From: Candidatus Omnitrophota bacterium
Lineage (GTDB): Bacteria; Omnitrophota; Gorgyraeia; Zapsychrales; Zapsychraceae
DNA length: 64,000 nt
Reading direction: 5' to 3'
NCBI GenBank assembly: GCA_015233115.1
Contig: JADFYJ010000005.1
Span: 86,359 to 150,358, forward strand
Part shown: in pieces, positions 47,476 to 60,300 of the stretch
Numbering within the stretch: the first letter of the stretch is position 1
Layout of the letters: every line of letters starts with the position of its first letter
Notes under the pieces: generated by a model
Databases searched by the model: none
The model's input: only the letters and a program-made list of their open reading frames with translations
Told to the model about the DNA's origin: nothing
Position numbers and translations under genes: made by a program

Positions 47476-49344
47476 TTATTTTAAAATTTTATCTAACAAT
47501 CCGTTAATTAAATCTTTGCCTGGCTTTTCATTTTGCGGCTCTGAAGTTGTCCCGGCTGGTTGAGCAGGCTGGCCGGAGGACTCTTGAGGATTTATTTTTA
47601 AAGCTTTATATATCAAGCCTTTAATTTCCTCTTTCCCTCTATTATTAATGTAGTTTTTAGCCACATCTTTCAAATCTGGAAAAATTTTAAATTTAACCGC
47701 TGGACCCTGATAAGGCTTAAATGGAAAATGCATGCGTCCATCTTGTTGCAATAAATATTTGAGATCTGGAGACGATCCTAATAATTCTCCTGACAATTCC
47801 GCATCCATATACATATCCATGGCAAAATTTAAATTTTGCGTGAGATCCATATCTCCGTTAAAATTCACTTCAAAGCCCTGAGCCTTGACCAAACCTTTGC
47901 TGAAAACCAATTTATTATTGGCAAATTGTAGATCTGAAGAAACCATTTCAAATTCCGTATCTTTTGAACCAAGATAGTTTTTATATTTTTCCGCAAGGTT
48001 AGCTTCTGCTTTAGCGCCCAAATTAGGAATAAATGAAACTTGATCCAACACGAATTTTAATAAATTGAAATCCAATATTTTCATGCCATCCACCCGCGCG
48101 TCGCCGTTAGCTCCCAAATTAGCAATTCCTACCCCGCTCATGGTCATTTTTCCGTTAATCTTTCCAGCTAATTTAAACGGCATTTTAAAAATAGACGTTA
48201 ATTCACCCAAATCAACCGCTTTTACTTCCGCGATTCCGCTTAACGTTTGCGTTTTTAAATAATCTTTTACATCTGCGTCAACAGTCACATGACCTTGAGC
48301 TAAATCCAGGGATACTTCTTTAACCAAGGCATCTTTTTCGTTCACTTCTGCCCTTAATTTAATATTTGAAATAGGATCTTTCAGCCATTCAGTCGCAATA
48401 CTGCCATCATCAATAGTAGCCCGGCTAACCAATTGGGATAAACCCTGCGGGCTTAAATCCAACGAATCCACATCAACCAGGGTCATCACTTTGGGACTTG
48501 CTTTCAGCTTAGCCGCGTCGATTTGTGGACACAATTTTTTTACACCGTCCATATCCAATTGACTCGAATCAATTTTAACTTTAATATTATGTAAACTGAT
48601 TTGACTCGTTTTTAAATCAATTTTAAACCCGCCTTCCGCCGAAACCAAAGGCTGTCCCTTAGTTAAAATATCCACACTCGCTTTAAATGGTACCCACTTA
48701 TCCAAACCAAAATCATTAACCTGAACATTAATATTATTAATCGCCAGCGCCAAAGGACCGGCGGTTTGTTTTTGCGCGTACAACACACTCCCATTGTCTA
48801 CTCTTATATTAGTAACTACGATATTAGGCATCGCGGCAGGAGCATTGGAAACATTTGTAGAAGGTTTGGTATTCGGCTGTGGCTGGCCCTGAGACTGTGC
48901 CTGCGACGGTACTGGTGTAGTTGGCTTATTATTCAATTGTTGCGCCAAATAAGTAAAATTATTCGAACCGTCTGCCAGCATAATAAAATGGATAACTGGC
49001 TTACTTAAAACCAAATGCGTCACAACTAATTGACGCTGAACAATCAAAGGCCAAATTTTAACACCCACTTCAACTGAATCTAGTTCAACTAAAAATGGAT
49101 TATCAAACAGTTTATCATCGGGCAGCTTAATCCCCTTTAACGCCAGCACAAACCCGTCTTTAAGCTTAAAATTCAATTCAATCTTCGACAATTCAATATT
49201 ACGCCCAACCGCTTCCTGAGCCTTAGCCACAATCACCGGTCTAAATTGATCAAAATTATAACACTTAAAAAAAACAAACAAGCCGGCAACCAAAACAACA
49301 CCCAATATGACCAAAACCCGTAAAACCATCGATAATTTTTTCAT
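47476..49344 (-). CDS. AsmA family protein
   Basis: N-terminal TM, DQFRP.I...AQEAVGR.I, V.IWPL, LVLSKPVI...DGSNN, long beta-strand-rich body; start moved to ATG 49344. Confidence 0.75.
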   Translation of the reverse strand: MKKLSMVLRVLVILGVVLVAGLFVFFKCYNFDQFRPVIVAKAQEAVGRNIELSKIELNFKLKDGFVLALKGIKLPDDKLFDNPFLVELDSVEVGVKIWPLIVQRQLVVTHLVLSKPVIHFIMLADGSNNFTYLAQQLNNKPTTPVPSQAQSQGQPQPNTKPSTNVSNAPAAMPNIVVTNIRVDNGSVLYAQKQTAGPLALAINNINVQVNDFGLDKWVPFKASVDILTKGQPLVSAEGGFKIDLKTSQISLHNIKVKIDSSQLDMDGVKKLCPQIDAAKLKASPKVMTLVDVDSLDLSPQGLSQLVSRATIDDGSIATEWLKDPISNIKLRAEVNEKDALVKEVSLDLAQGHVTVDADVKDYLKTQTLSGIAEVKAVDLGELTSIFKMPFKLAGKINGKMTMSGVGIANLGANGDARVDGMKILDFNLLKFVLDQVSFIPNLGAKAEANLAEKYKNYLGSKDTEFEMVSSDLQFANNKLVFSKGLVKAQGFEVNFNGDMDLTQNLNFAMDMYMDAELSGELLGSSPDLKYLLQQDGRMHFPFKPYQGPAVKFKIFPDLKDVAKNYINNRGKEEIKGLIYKALKINPQESSGQPAQPAGTTSEPQNEKPGKDLINGLLDKILK

Positions 49345-49429
49345 AAAATTCCCCAATCTTTTTTTACTATATTTGCAAAGCATAAAAGATAATTATTAAC
49401 ATTTTAAGGGTAAGCGTCAAGAAAAAAAA

Positions 49430-52400
49430 TTATTTAAGATATTTCCCGACATCTTTAAAAGTCGGGTCGATTTCGCGGATGGCGGAGAAAATGCGGCGGG
49501 ATTCAGCGGTGTTGCCTTTGGAGTTTAAATCCAGGGCTCTTTGATACATGCGGTCTAATTGGGAAGACAAATCCATTTGAACCTGTTTGCGGTCTACGTC
49601 AATTTCTTGCTGACGTTTCTTCATTAAATCCAATAATTGATCCCGTTGATCTTGGGCGTCTTGCAAATTGTTTTGATTTTGAATATCTTCCCGTTTAGCT
49701 TTGGGCTCGCCAGCAGCAAGGGCTTCGTTTGACTTTTGAATCTTTACGTCTTTTAAATTTACCGATTGTTCCAATTGACGTAAAGAGTCCCGGTCTTTTT
49801 GAAGTTGAGTTTCTTCGTGATTGATTTGTTTTTCAAGACGATCAAGATCCTGATCTTCTTTGTCTATCCGGCCTTGGTTATTTTTATCCTCTTTCCGGGC
49901 TTTTGCTGTATATTCGTTAATCCTTGTTTTATTCGCTTCCTTGACAATTTTCCGAATTTGCCGAGATTGTTGATCTACTTTTCGCTGCATATTCACGGTG
50001 AATTTATGATCCAAATTACCGTCGGCTAAAAGAGCATTGAGTACCCCAACTTTTTTCTCTGCCAACCTCACATCTTTTTGATCAACATAAGACAACAAAT
50101 CATTATATGCATCTGTCACATTGGCCTGTAAGTCTTTTTGAAGATCTACTTTTTCTTCAGCATGTTTAGCTATAGGAGCTTTTCCCATATTCACAGCCTC
50201 AGATAACTTAATCTTTTGAGCCGCTAATTTTCCCCGGATAGAATGAACAAAACGTTTATCAAGAGAAGGGTTAGCCAGCATCTTTTCCGTTTCATTAATT
50301 TTTTTCGATGCTAATTCGAGCTTTTGTTCATTGACCGAATCCACAACTTCGTCAAACTCTTGGCGCACATCATTTTGTAGATTGTTTTGGACAACAGCCA
50401 TTTTGACAGCATCGGACTGATCCGCTACCGTTGGTTCCGAAGCCGCCATCTTGGTTTCAGCAAACGATGCCATACCTGATGGTTTTAGAGGAACAACTTT
50501 TTTAACCTCCGGCCTGCTGACTGGTTTAGTAATTATTTCTTGAGTTTTATATTTTTCATCTGCTTCAACAGCTTTCAATACGTCATCACAACGCCGGATC
50601 ATTTTCGAAGCAGACTTATATCCAGGATATATTTTTTCTACTGAATTAAATTTAATCCGGGCACTTCTATAGTCACCCGCATTATAGGCTGACATAGCTT
50701 CTCTATATAAAACACCCGCGTCTTTCTGCCAACGTTTTAATTCAACAAAATCGGTTTTTTCTAACAACGAGTTAACTTTACTTTTTTCTTGCCGCAATAT
50801 TCTTTGCTGATTAGCCTCAGTTTCAATCTGTTTCTTTTTATAAATTTCAAGTTCCACCGCCAGTCTTCTGCGCTCTTCACTTCGATCATGCGCTTCAGCA
50901 CGTCGGATCTCACTTTGTGTTACCTGATTACCGCTGTCCTGAGGCTGTGATTTCGAGATCTGAGATGACGGAGAATTAACCACTTCCTCTTTTCTGGCTG
51001 GGACAATTTTTTCAACTTCAGCTGTTTTTTTCGCTTCTTCTACTAAATGGACAGCTTCGCGCTCATTTTCAGCTATTGCTAATTGTTGTTCAGCACAAAA
51101 TTCTGTCAATGCATCTAATTCCACGCTCATATCTTCTTCTATCAACTCCGGTGGTTCAGCCATATCTGGGACAGCATTAGTTAAAATATCGCGCTCAAGC
51201 GCTTTGGTTAAACGATTTTCCTCTTTAGATCGCAACTTGGCAACCTGCCCGTTATTACGTTCTTTGGCGTCAATTTCCTTTCGGAACTGGGCATACTGCA
51301 TATCCCGGATATGTTCCCGGGCATTTTCTTTCGCTTTAAGTGAAGCAATCTGAGCCACAGATCCTGAAACATATCCATCTAATTGTTCACGATCCAACCG
51401 ATGCTCTTCAGTCGCCTTGGTTTTTGCTTCATTGATTTGCTGTGCTTCAGCACGAATGGCCTGATTTATTTTACTAATATATTCATCAATATTTTTATGT
51501 CTGCCCGGGACTGTTGCTTTAGCTAAATAAAATTTCCTTTTCGCTTGAACAAATTGTGACGCATTGTAAAATTCAACCGCTTGATCAAAATATTTATCAC
51601 ATAATTTATCTGAGTCCATGACTTCCGACGTTTCCAGACTGCCCCTCTTATTTTCCACGATCTGGTTTTTAACTTTTTGCTGTTCTAAAGCAACCTTAAT
51701 CAATTCTAAATATCGTTGTGACGAGCGATATCCGGGACTTTTAAATTCAACCAGATTGAATTTTTCACGAGCGATTTCATATTCTTGAGCTTTATATAAA
51801 GAAACAGCTTCAAAATACATATTCTCAATATCTTTGTCATTTAACGATTGCGCGACCTGAGGTTCAGACAAAACCGACGGAGCACTGGTTGGAACAGATA
51901 CTGGAGGCAAGACCACCGGATTTTCCCCTGGCCGTGCCTTCTCTATATACTTCTTTTGTTTCTCAAGAAGCTTATCAATTTTGAGAAGATATTTTTCTGT
52001 ATCCCGGTAATTCGGTTTCATCGTATTCACATCTTCAAAAATTTTCTTTGACCGTTCGTACTGTTTAGCCCGATATAAATCAATACCGTGCTGATAAACC
52101 TTGTTCAATGACTGCGAATCAACATTAGTAAAATCATCGTGTTCGGAAATGGAATGAGAGGATGAAGCAACCGGTGGAACAGGATAATTTTGGTTGATCA
52201 CGGGCTTAACGCCTTTTTCTTTTCCAATGGTATCGTCAATCTTCTTCAAATATTTCGCGGTCTGTTTATACTGCGGACTTAAACGCTCGACCTGATTAAA
52301 ACGGGTCCGGGCTAAAGGATAATTCTTATTATCAAACAAAGAAACCGCGGTCGTATAAATCTCATCTATCTCTTTTTGAATGGCTAAGGGAATTTTAGCT

Positions 52401-54307
52401 TTAACGCCTTGTTCAAATTTATTTTTTTCCCACGCGCCTTTATTAACCTCAGGTTGAAATTGATTCGATTCCTCATCGATCTTTTTTAGATAATCAGCGG
52501 TATCTTTATAATTTGGGTAAACCGCTTCAACCTGAATAAATTTCCTTTTTGATTCGGAAAAATTATTTTCTTTAAAAAATTTTAACGCTAATTGATATTT
52601 TGTTTCCGCTTCTTCAGTGAACTTTAACTTGCGTTCCTCGATAGCTTTCTGTACAAACATATTCTCTGCTTGCGCGCCGGTCAAAACGGGAGAAACTTCC
52701 AGCCCTTTCCCGCCTTTTAAAGCTTTTTTATTTTGGCCGACCGCTTTATTCGTCTTAACCTCAGGCAAGTTAGGCTCATATCTAGCTTTTTTCAGGCTAT
52801 ATTCTGGCTTAACCGGAACCGGCACACCTGTCGCTTTGCTGATCAAGTTAAGATAATTATTGGTGGCCTTATAATTAGAATAAAGTTCCTTAACCTGCAA
52901 AAATTTTTCTTGCGCCAGAGCATATTTTTTCTGATCATAAAAACGCAGAGCCTCAATATAAAGCTTTTTGATTTCTTCCCCATTAGTCCGCAGCGATTCT
53001 TTATCTTCCCAATCTTGAATTTTTTTAAGGAACGAACGTGTCGCTTTATATTCCGGAGCAATCGCTTCTACAGAATCAAATTGAATTTTGGCCTTGGTAT
53101 ATTGCTGCAAATTAAACAAGGCAACAGCCCCTTCATAAATAAATTGGGCTTCATCATAAATACGTTTTTGAGTTTTCTCGTCAGTTAAAGCTTCTTGCTT
53201 CTCCTTAGTCGCTTCTTCCTGCTTATCATCAAGCCGCTCTTCACGGACTTGCTTTGAAAAGAAGGTAACCTTCTCATCATTCGTCAGAATTTTTCCATCC
53301 TGCGGTCCTTGCGCGTTTAATTTGGCCAGATACCGCTGAGTAAATTTATAATCCGGCACGATCCATTCCACTTCTTTAAACCGTTCTAAGGCCTGAGTAT
53401 ATTGTCCGATTTTATATAAACGGATCGCTTCCGTATAAAACTTTTCAGCTTGAACCACGGATTTATGCTGACGGTCTTTTTCTTCTGAGTCTATTTTTTT
53501 ACGCCACTCTTCTTTTTTCTTGCGGGCGGCATCCGTCTGATCTTTTAATTTTTTCTCGATGATCTGGGCTTGATCTTTTTGGATCTCCTGATCAATAACC
53601 ATGAGATAACTGCGGGCGGCTTTGTAATCCGGAAACATTTCTTCGACGGATTCAAATTGTTCTTTCGCGGGGAGATATTTGGCTTGTTGAAAAAGCTTTA
53701 CAGCAGCTTCATAAACTTTATCCACTTCCTTAGCACTAAAACCGCGTTCTTGTTCAAGTTGCTTTATACGGGTATTTTCTTCTTCAGCCAAAACTTTTTC
53801 TTGTTTTTTAAAACGGCTCGAACTGATCCCGATATATCCCTTCATTTCCGGATGTTCGGTAATCTTAATCGCTTTATCCCAATATTCGCGTGCCTGATCA
53901 TATTTGCCGTCCTCATAAAACTGCATAGCTTTTTGATAATACTCGCGGGCTTTTTCTTCGCGTTGTTGATTCCGCCGGAACTTAGCCTGTTCTTCCAGCT
54001 TCACATTAACTTTTTCAATCTTCGCTTTAGAACGTTTAATCAAATCTTTAATATTTACAACAAAACCATCTTCGGTTTTTTCTTCGCGCAAAGTTTTTTC
54101 TTTATTGATAAGAGCTGGTGCTAACGCGGGCAGAGTTGTTTTTTCAATAGACGAATCTTGCGGCTGGACTACTCCGGCAGGGGTCAGATCGGCAACAGCC
54201 GACGTCGAGGTTTTCGCGGCAGGCCCAGCGGCGAAAACTATCCTCGCCGAGAGCGTAAACGCAAACCCCAATGAAACGATCAATAAAGTGCGGTTGAGAC
54301 CTCTCAT
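49430..54307 (-). CDS. Large exported TPR-module and coiled-coil protein (1625 aa)
   Basis: Signal peptide; about 12 dispersed repeats Y..A..LY....Y..A...F..V....P.YK....YL..I. Confidence 0.85.
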   Translation of the reverse strand: MRGLNRTLLIVSLGFAFTLSARIVFAAGPAAKTSTSAVADLTPAGVVQPQDSSIEKTTLPALAPALINKEKTLREEKTEDGFVVNIKDLIKRSKAKIEKVNVKLEEQAKFRRNQQREEKAREYYQKAMQFYEDGKYDQAREYWDKAIKITEHPEMKGYIGISSSRFKKQEKVLAEEENTRIKQLEQERGFSAKEVDKVYEAAVKLFQQAKYLPAKEQFESVEEMFPDYKAARSYLMVIDQEIQKDQAQIIEKKLKDQTDAARKKKEEWRKKIDSEEKDRQHKSVVQAEKFYTEAIRLYKIGQYTQALERFKEVEWIVPDYKFTQRYLAKLNAQGPQDGKILTNDEKVTFFSKQVREERLDDKQEEATKEKQEALTDEKTQKRIYDEAQFIYEGAVALFNLQQYTKAKIQFDSVEAIAPEYKATRSFLKKIQDWEDKESLRTNGEEIKKLYIEALRFYDQKKYALAQEKFLQVKELYSNYKATNNYLNLISKATGVPVPVKPEYSLKKARYEPNLPEVKTNKAVGQNKKALKGGKGLEVSPVLTGAQAENMFVQKAIEERKLKFTEEAETKYQLALKFFKENNFSESKRKFIQVEAVYPNYKDTADYLKKIDEESNQFQPEVNKGAWEKNKFEQGVKAKIPLAIQKEIDEIYTTAVSLFDNKNYPLARTRFNQVERLSPQYKQTAKYLKKIDDTIGKEKGVKPVINQNYPVPPVASSSHSISEHDDFTNVDSQSLNKVYQHGIDLYRAKQYERSKKIFEDVNTMKPNYRDTEKYLLKIDKLLEKQKKYIEKARPGENPVVLPPVSVPTSAPSVLSEPQVAQSLNDKDIENMYFEAVSLYKAQEYEIAREKFNLVEFKSPGYRSSQRYLELIKVALEQQKVKNQIVENKRGSLETSEVMDSDKLCDKYFDQAVEFYNASQFVQAKRKFYLAKATVPGRHKNIDEYISKINQAIRAEAQQINEAKTKATEEHRLDREQLDGYVSGSVAQIASLKAKENAREHIRDMQYAQFRKEIDAKERNNGQVAKLRSKEENRLTKALERDILTNAVPDMAEPPELIEEDMSVELDALTEFCAEQQLAIAENEREAVHLVEEAKKTAEVEKIVPARKEEVVNSPSSQISKSQPQDSGNQVTQSEIRRAEAHDRSEERRRLAVELEIYKKKQIETEANQQRILRQEKSKVNSLLEKTDFVELKRWQKDAGVLYREAMSAYNAGDYRSARIKFNSVEKIYPGYKSASKMIRRCDDVLKAVEADEKYKTQEIITKPVSRPEVKKVVPLKPSGMASFAETKMAASEPTVADQSDAVKMAVVQNNLQNDVRQEFDEVVDSVNEQKLELASKKINETEKMLANPSLDKRFVHSIRGKLAAQKIKLSEAVNMGKAPIAKHAEEKVDLQKDLQANVTDAYNDLLSYVDQKDVRLAEKKVGVLNALLADGNLDHKFTVNMQRKVDQQSRQIRKIVKEANKTRINEYTAKARKEDKNNQGRIDKEDQDLDRLEKQINHEETQLQKDRDSLRQLEQSVNLKDVKIQKSNEALAAGEPKAKREDIQNQNNLQDAQDQRDQLLDLMKKRQQEIDVDRKQVQMDLSSQLDRMYQRALDLNSKGNTAESRRIFSAIREIDPTFKDVGKYLK

Positions 54308-54365
54308 TTATTATTTAGTGTCTTCTTTTTATTATTATAAAAGATGGGATCCCCCAATTTTGTTT

Positions 54366-57300
54366 TTATTCTATCACACCCTTCTTAGCATCTTCCAGAA
54401 GTTTCTCTAATATTTTCTTAGCTTTTTCATATTGCCCAGTGCGGTAATAATCGTCTGCCTTTTGTTTCATATCCACCAATTGTTTTTCCTGCGCAACACG
54501 GGTCCGAATATAGGAAGCGGCCTCTTCATACATCATCTGCCCGGTTAATACAATGTCGCGATAGATATCGAAAGACTCTTCCCAACTGCCGCGATTGGCA
54601 GATTTTTGCGCTAATTTATAATAGGTGTTGAGCTCCTGCATAATAGGACTTTGCGGATTAGACAATTCCTGTTCAACCATGGCCCAGGCCCAATGACTAA
54701 TCTTTTCCTCAACCCAACGGTCATTGGAGCGGGCAATTTCATCCGGAGTCCGGTCATAAAATTTACCTGTCAGACGGACAAACGGGCCGCGAGACGCAAA
54801 GCTTAATGACGTAAGATCATCATTATAATCCGTAAAATTAAAGCCAACGCCTAATTGCGCGAAATCGTTCAACCGGCGTGCCGCCTCGATCAAGAAGCCG
54901 GATTTCATATCCCGTGATTCATGTTGAGCTAAAATCCTGAATTCTCCGCCGATCATCCAGTCGCGGTCAATCTTATAATTAATACGGTGAATCATCAACC
55001 ACGTATGGGTGTTAGTAAAATCAAATCCGGCCACTTTTTCCTTGGCCATCCGGTACGCGAATTTTTCTCCCACTTGCCAATGTTCGTCAATATCATACAA
55101 ACCTTCGGCGGAGAAAATATCCGCGATGCTCTGTTGAATATCCGAATTCGTAGCGTCCGCCTGACTGGCCGGAGACTGTTCTTCTTTGTGGGTCACTTCA
55201 CCAATCAAATTTAATTTATCCATCATCAAAGGACGATAGGCCGCGCCTAAGGTCACTTGATGCAGCATGGCGATCGTTCCCGTACCAATTGACGGGATAC
55301 CCGTTGAGGTTAAAGTTGTTTCCTGATCCATATTTTGGGAATTCGTATATTGCCCTTTCGCGTAAAGGGTCAATTCCGGCGACACTTTACCCTGCGCGGA
55401 GGCGTAAACCAAATATTGATTCATATCCGAACTTCCCGTATCCTTGCGGTATTCCGCTTTAACCGACGAGGTCAGCACTTTTTCTCCGGTCTGTTCATCC
55501 GCCTTCGCGTATCCAACACCGAGGGTATACGCGTCACGATCCGTGATTGTTCCGTTGTAATTCTGCACTTTGCCGCGTTCATAACTGCCCGACAGCGCCC
55601 AGCGATCACCAATATCCCCGGTTAAACCAAAAATATTAGACTGAGTAATGGAATCCGGCGCGTCCGCTAATTGACGGGTTAACGTTCCCTTTAAACGCAC
55701 ATTGTCTTTCTCCCGAACCAAACCGTATTCATCACCCGTCGACTTTTGACTGCCGGCTTGACCAAAAGACCGCGTCGTCAACATAGATACTTCACTGTTT
55801 AATTTCTTTTCTGTTCCAAACGTCAACTTAGTATCTTTGCCGTCACGCGTCGTATCGGCCACCGATATCCCGCTGGTCGTCGTCGTATTAGGATCCACTT
55901 GAGACCGCCCGCCAAAGGTCATCACCATATCCTGATCCAATGAATTCGTCGCGTAGGATAATTTCGACTCAACCGCACTGTCTCGATCGATTTGAGACTT
56001 GCCTCCAAAACTCACTAATTTTTTGGGTTCTTTATCCTGCAAATCTGTTAACCCCACATCTGTTTCGATTTTGTTTTTCTCATTCGGACTATATTCCGCG
56101 CCGACCGTGGCCTGATTCTGGCCCAAAGCCGTATTATACGTTTGCGAAGTGGCACCGGTAGACGTAGATATAGACGGATTAGCCGCGATATCATAATTAG
56201 CTTTTAAGACCAGCTTGCCTGCTGTGACCGACTTGTTGACATCATATTTGGCCGCCATTTGCGCGGAAGCGCCCATCTGGCCATTAGTATATTTTAGATC
56301 AACGGTGGTTTTATCAGTGGGTTTAATCGTGGCGCCGACAGTGTTTTGATCATTAGGCGTTCCGGATAAGGTCTGTTGTCGTCTGGCCATCACACTCAAC
56401 TTATCATTGACTTGATAATCAGCCTGAAACGCCAGCAGGGTCCCTTGGCCCGGAGAAGCAAAGGTGGTATCTCCTGGGCTTAAAGCATTGGCCGCTTGGT
56501 TAGAAAACTCAGCCGTCAAACGGAGTTTGCTGTTGACATCATGCACAATTTGCGCCAAGGTCGTCGTAGTCTTTTGCCCTCCGACCTGCAGTTTGGTTTG
56601 CGTGCTCCCTCCGTCTAGTAAAGTCTGAATATCATGCCGTAACCTTAAACGGGTATGATCCGTGATATCATACGTCGCGGCTAAAGAAACCAACTCTTTG
56701 CCTTGCTGGGCCGTCGAATCTGTGGTCGAGAAATTATTATCAATCCACCGATATGCGGCCGTCAGACCTAGACGGTTAAACAACGTCGCGTCGCCGGAAA
56801 TCCCATACGCTTTATTTTTAGATCCAGCTGGAGCGCTGACGCTCGTAAAGGATAAACCACCGTCCGTAGATAAATATGTATCCTGGGCATTGGATGTCGT
56901 TTCCGCGACCTCCGCTTTAACTTTGGCGTTATCGCCGACATGCAAGGTCGCGTCTGTGCCGGTCAATTGATAATTGCCGCCCTGTTGTTCTTCCTTGACA
57001 TATGTTTCCCCAATGATCAAATGATTTCCAATCGCTTTAGCCAGACGGGTTCCTTCGCTGGCCTCATTCATCGTGCCAGAGACGCTGTACGCGTAATCCG
57101 CGACTACATACACCAGGTTTCCGTCAAGAATATTATTCGACACAATCGATGTTGAGGTCACAATCTGCGGCACCGGCCGCCAGAATATAACCCGGCCGCT
57201 CGGATAATCAATATCATAGTCTGACCCTTCCTTTAAATCCTGAGTACTGACGACAACACCCGTCACGCGATCGCGGACTTCCGCGCGAATCTTGTCTGAA

Positions 57301-60300
57301 CCTTCCACGACTTCTTTATTTTTTAGATAATACAATGATGTGCCAGTGGCCAAAAATTCGTTATGCGCGGTCTTTTGATGTGCCTGTGCGTAAAACACCA
57401 CCGCCTTGGTATCAGGCTCGCCGAATTTGGTCGTTCCTAAAGATTCCAGATCCACCTTGCCGCCGTAATAACTCCGGGCAAAACGGGCAAAATCGGTATC
57501 TTTAAAATCAATTGAGTAATTGCTCCATTGGGCGCTGGATTTATCCCATTCCACCAATAAATATAACGGCCCTTGCGTATCCGTCGCTGAATAATTGATG
57601 GATGAATTGTCCCCATAAACCGGGTAGAATTTATCCGGATCCAATTTCTTGAATAAAGCGCTGTTTTGACGGTCGGTATCTAAACTTGATGTGATCAAAT
57701 ATTTCCCAAGAATTTTTCCCTTCAAATAGTACGCAGCCCGTCCCTGACTATACAAGCCGGTATTATATTGATCCGCCGGGCTGACCGCTTCCATATTGCC
57801 TTTGTTAAAATTATATCCGACTTTTTCATCTCCCATACCGACGAGAAACATATAATTTTCACCGACTCGCACATTTTTGACATACGTTTTCCCTCCGATA
57901 ACATTATCGCCCGGGGCAGCGGCCAAAGGAATTCCAGTCGGAGAAACCAGTGTCCCAGCCGGCAAAGCCGGTGCTCCGAGTGTTGGTATAACATTTACGG
58001 GTGATGCCCCTTCAGCCGGTACAGCGGGTATCCCTTCTTGCACCAGAAAATCATAATTTCCGTTAGGCATAATCAATCTGATCGTATTGATGTCGTCCGC
58101 GACTTTACCATTAAGAACATCCTGCGCTGTAACTTTTGTTCGCGTCGTTAAAGGCACATCCATTTCCAACCTGCCATCTTTTTTGATCTGGATCGACTTT
58201 AAGTTACCAGCCAATTTACTGATGACCACCATCTCTCCATTCAAACTAATGGACTGCTTGGCGAGATTATTTGTCTCCGACGCTTGCCGTACCCAATCCG
58301 CGTAATTCGTAGGATTCAGTTTTGTGTCAGCCTGAGTTTCTTTATCTAAGCTCAACTTGGTAATATCACGGGCATCCTCTTGTGCTTGCTTTTGCCGGGC
58401 AAATTCATCCACATCACGAAACACAATCGGACGAATCTTGGTTTCATCCGTACGGTTATGTTCGTCTTTCGCGATAAAATAATATTCATAATCTTTTTTC
58501 ACATCGATATACCGGCCCATTTGATCTTTCCCGTCCCAAAATATCGGATCATCTATCGTATACCGGTCGCCCTCGAATTTCTTGACCAAACTCTTGGTGT
58601 ATTTATCCTGGATAATTAATTTCCATTGACTGATAAAAAGCGGATAATTCGTGAATATCCTAAACTCTACTTTATTAAGGAATATTCCATCACGAATATC
58701 GATTTGATTGCCAAACATATCCGCGTTCAATAACGGCACTGGAACAGTCTGGTCTTTCTGAACTGTAACATTTTTCATAAAGAATTGCGCGTCGTCACTC
58801 TTGAACCGGCCATAATCCATGTTCACACCAAAATTCACTTTATTGATCATGCCGTTGGTCACATCAATAATGACCGCTTTATCTGTCGTCAAATACGCGC
58901 CTTCCGGTAAGGTCCGTTCATCCAAGCGAACCACGTGGCGTCCAGGAGTTAAGCCCGGAATACTAAACTGTCCATTTTTATCCGTCGTGATAACTGTACC
59001 GTCTTCCATGGCCAACGTCACATTTGGCACAGGCTCTTCACGGATCACGTCTTGACCCATAGCGGAATATTCCGGAGCATCTTGAATACCATTTTCATTC
59101 TGATCCCAGAACACTTTTCCGATAACAGTTCCCATATCGAACAACGGATCCATCGCCACTTTAATATTAACCCTGGAGGTATTGGATAATTTAGTACCAT
59201 TACGATAAACCGCTTGCGCTTTATTTTCATATGTTCCCGGAACCACTCCTGAACCAACCACTAATTGATATTTTAAAGTCCTGGCCATGCCGGGAGTCAT
59301 TTTATGATCAGCGTTACCGATATAAAACATCAAAGGCCGGTTCCCAATCGGGTCAGCCGTCGGAAGGCCGTCTAAAGTCACCCGACCCGGCAAGAATTTA
59401 AATCCAGGAGGTATGATATCTTTTAAATACGGGTCAATAATATCATTGCTGCTAATACTTTCCATCTTCACGGTGTAGGTCGCAACTTCGCCCACGTGAA
59501 TTTGATTTTTATTAACGGATTTCTCGATCTTAATCAAAGTACCCGCTGAATCCACCGGCATATCCAACTGCATCACATTAGCGCCGACAGTAAAATGTTC
59601 ACCCAATGACCCGGTTGCCACAGTACGTCCGGCAGGGAATGTCTTTTCAACGGATGGGAAGTCATACCCGTTCACTTCAACCTTAATGTAATAATCACCA
59701 GGGGCAGCCAGGAAACTATAATATCCGTCGGCTAAAGTCGTGACCGGATTGGTATCCGTCACAGATAATTCTATATTGTCAGTCTTAGCCGGTAGATTCG
59801 TCGCGGCATTATAAATAGTGACCACAGCGCCTTTGATCAAATGATCAGATACAGAATCAAAAACATACCCGAATGGATCAACTAAAGAAACTGTGATGAT
59901 CCGGCTCGCTACCCCATCGCTCACCGCAACCAATTTTATAGCCCCTCTGGTCAAATCTGTGGTCAATATACCAGAATATGCTGTTCCACCAGCATTCTTA
60001 ACCAAGCTTCCCACTTTTTGCAACAGCAAGTTATGGGCAGCCGCGTCATCTTGCGCCAAAATATCAACCAAAACTGACGGAGTATCCGCGTTACCTGACA
60101 CCACCGGCCTAGGACTATTGACGCGGTCTGCCATAGCTGGAGAAACAATGACCGGCACTTGCTCAACAGTCGGGTTAGCGACGACTACAATTGGACGGTC
60201 AATGTATTTGATAAAAGCACCAGGATTAATTGGATCCGGCGCGTATAGCCTGAGCGCGTTTGCTCCAACAGCTAACTGCATATTGGAATACAAAGCCTTG

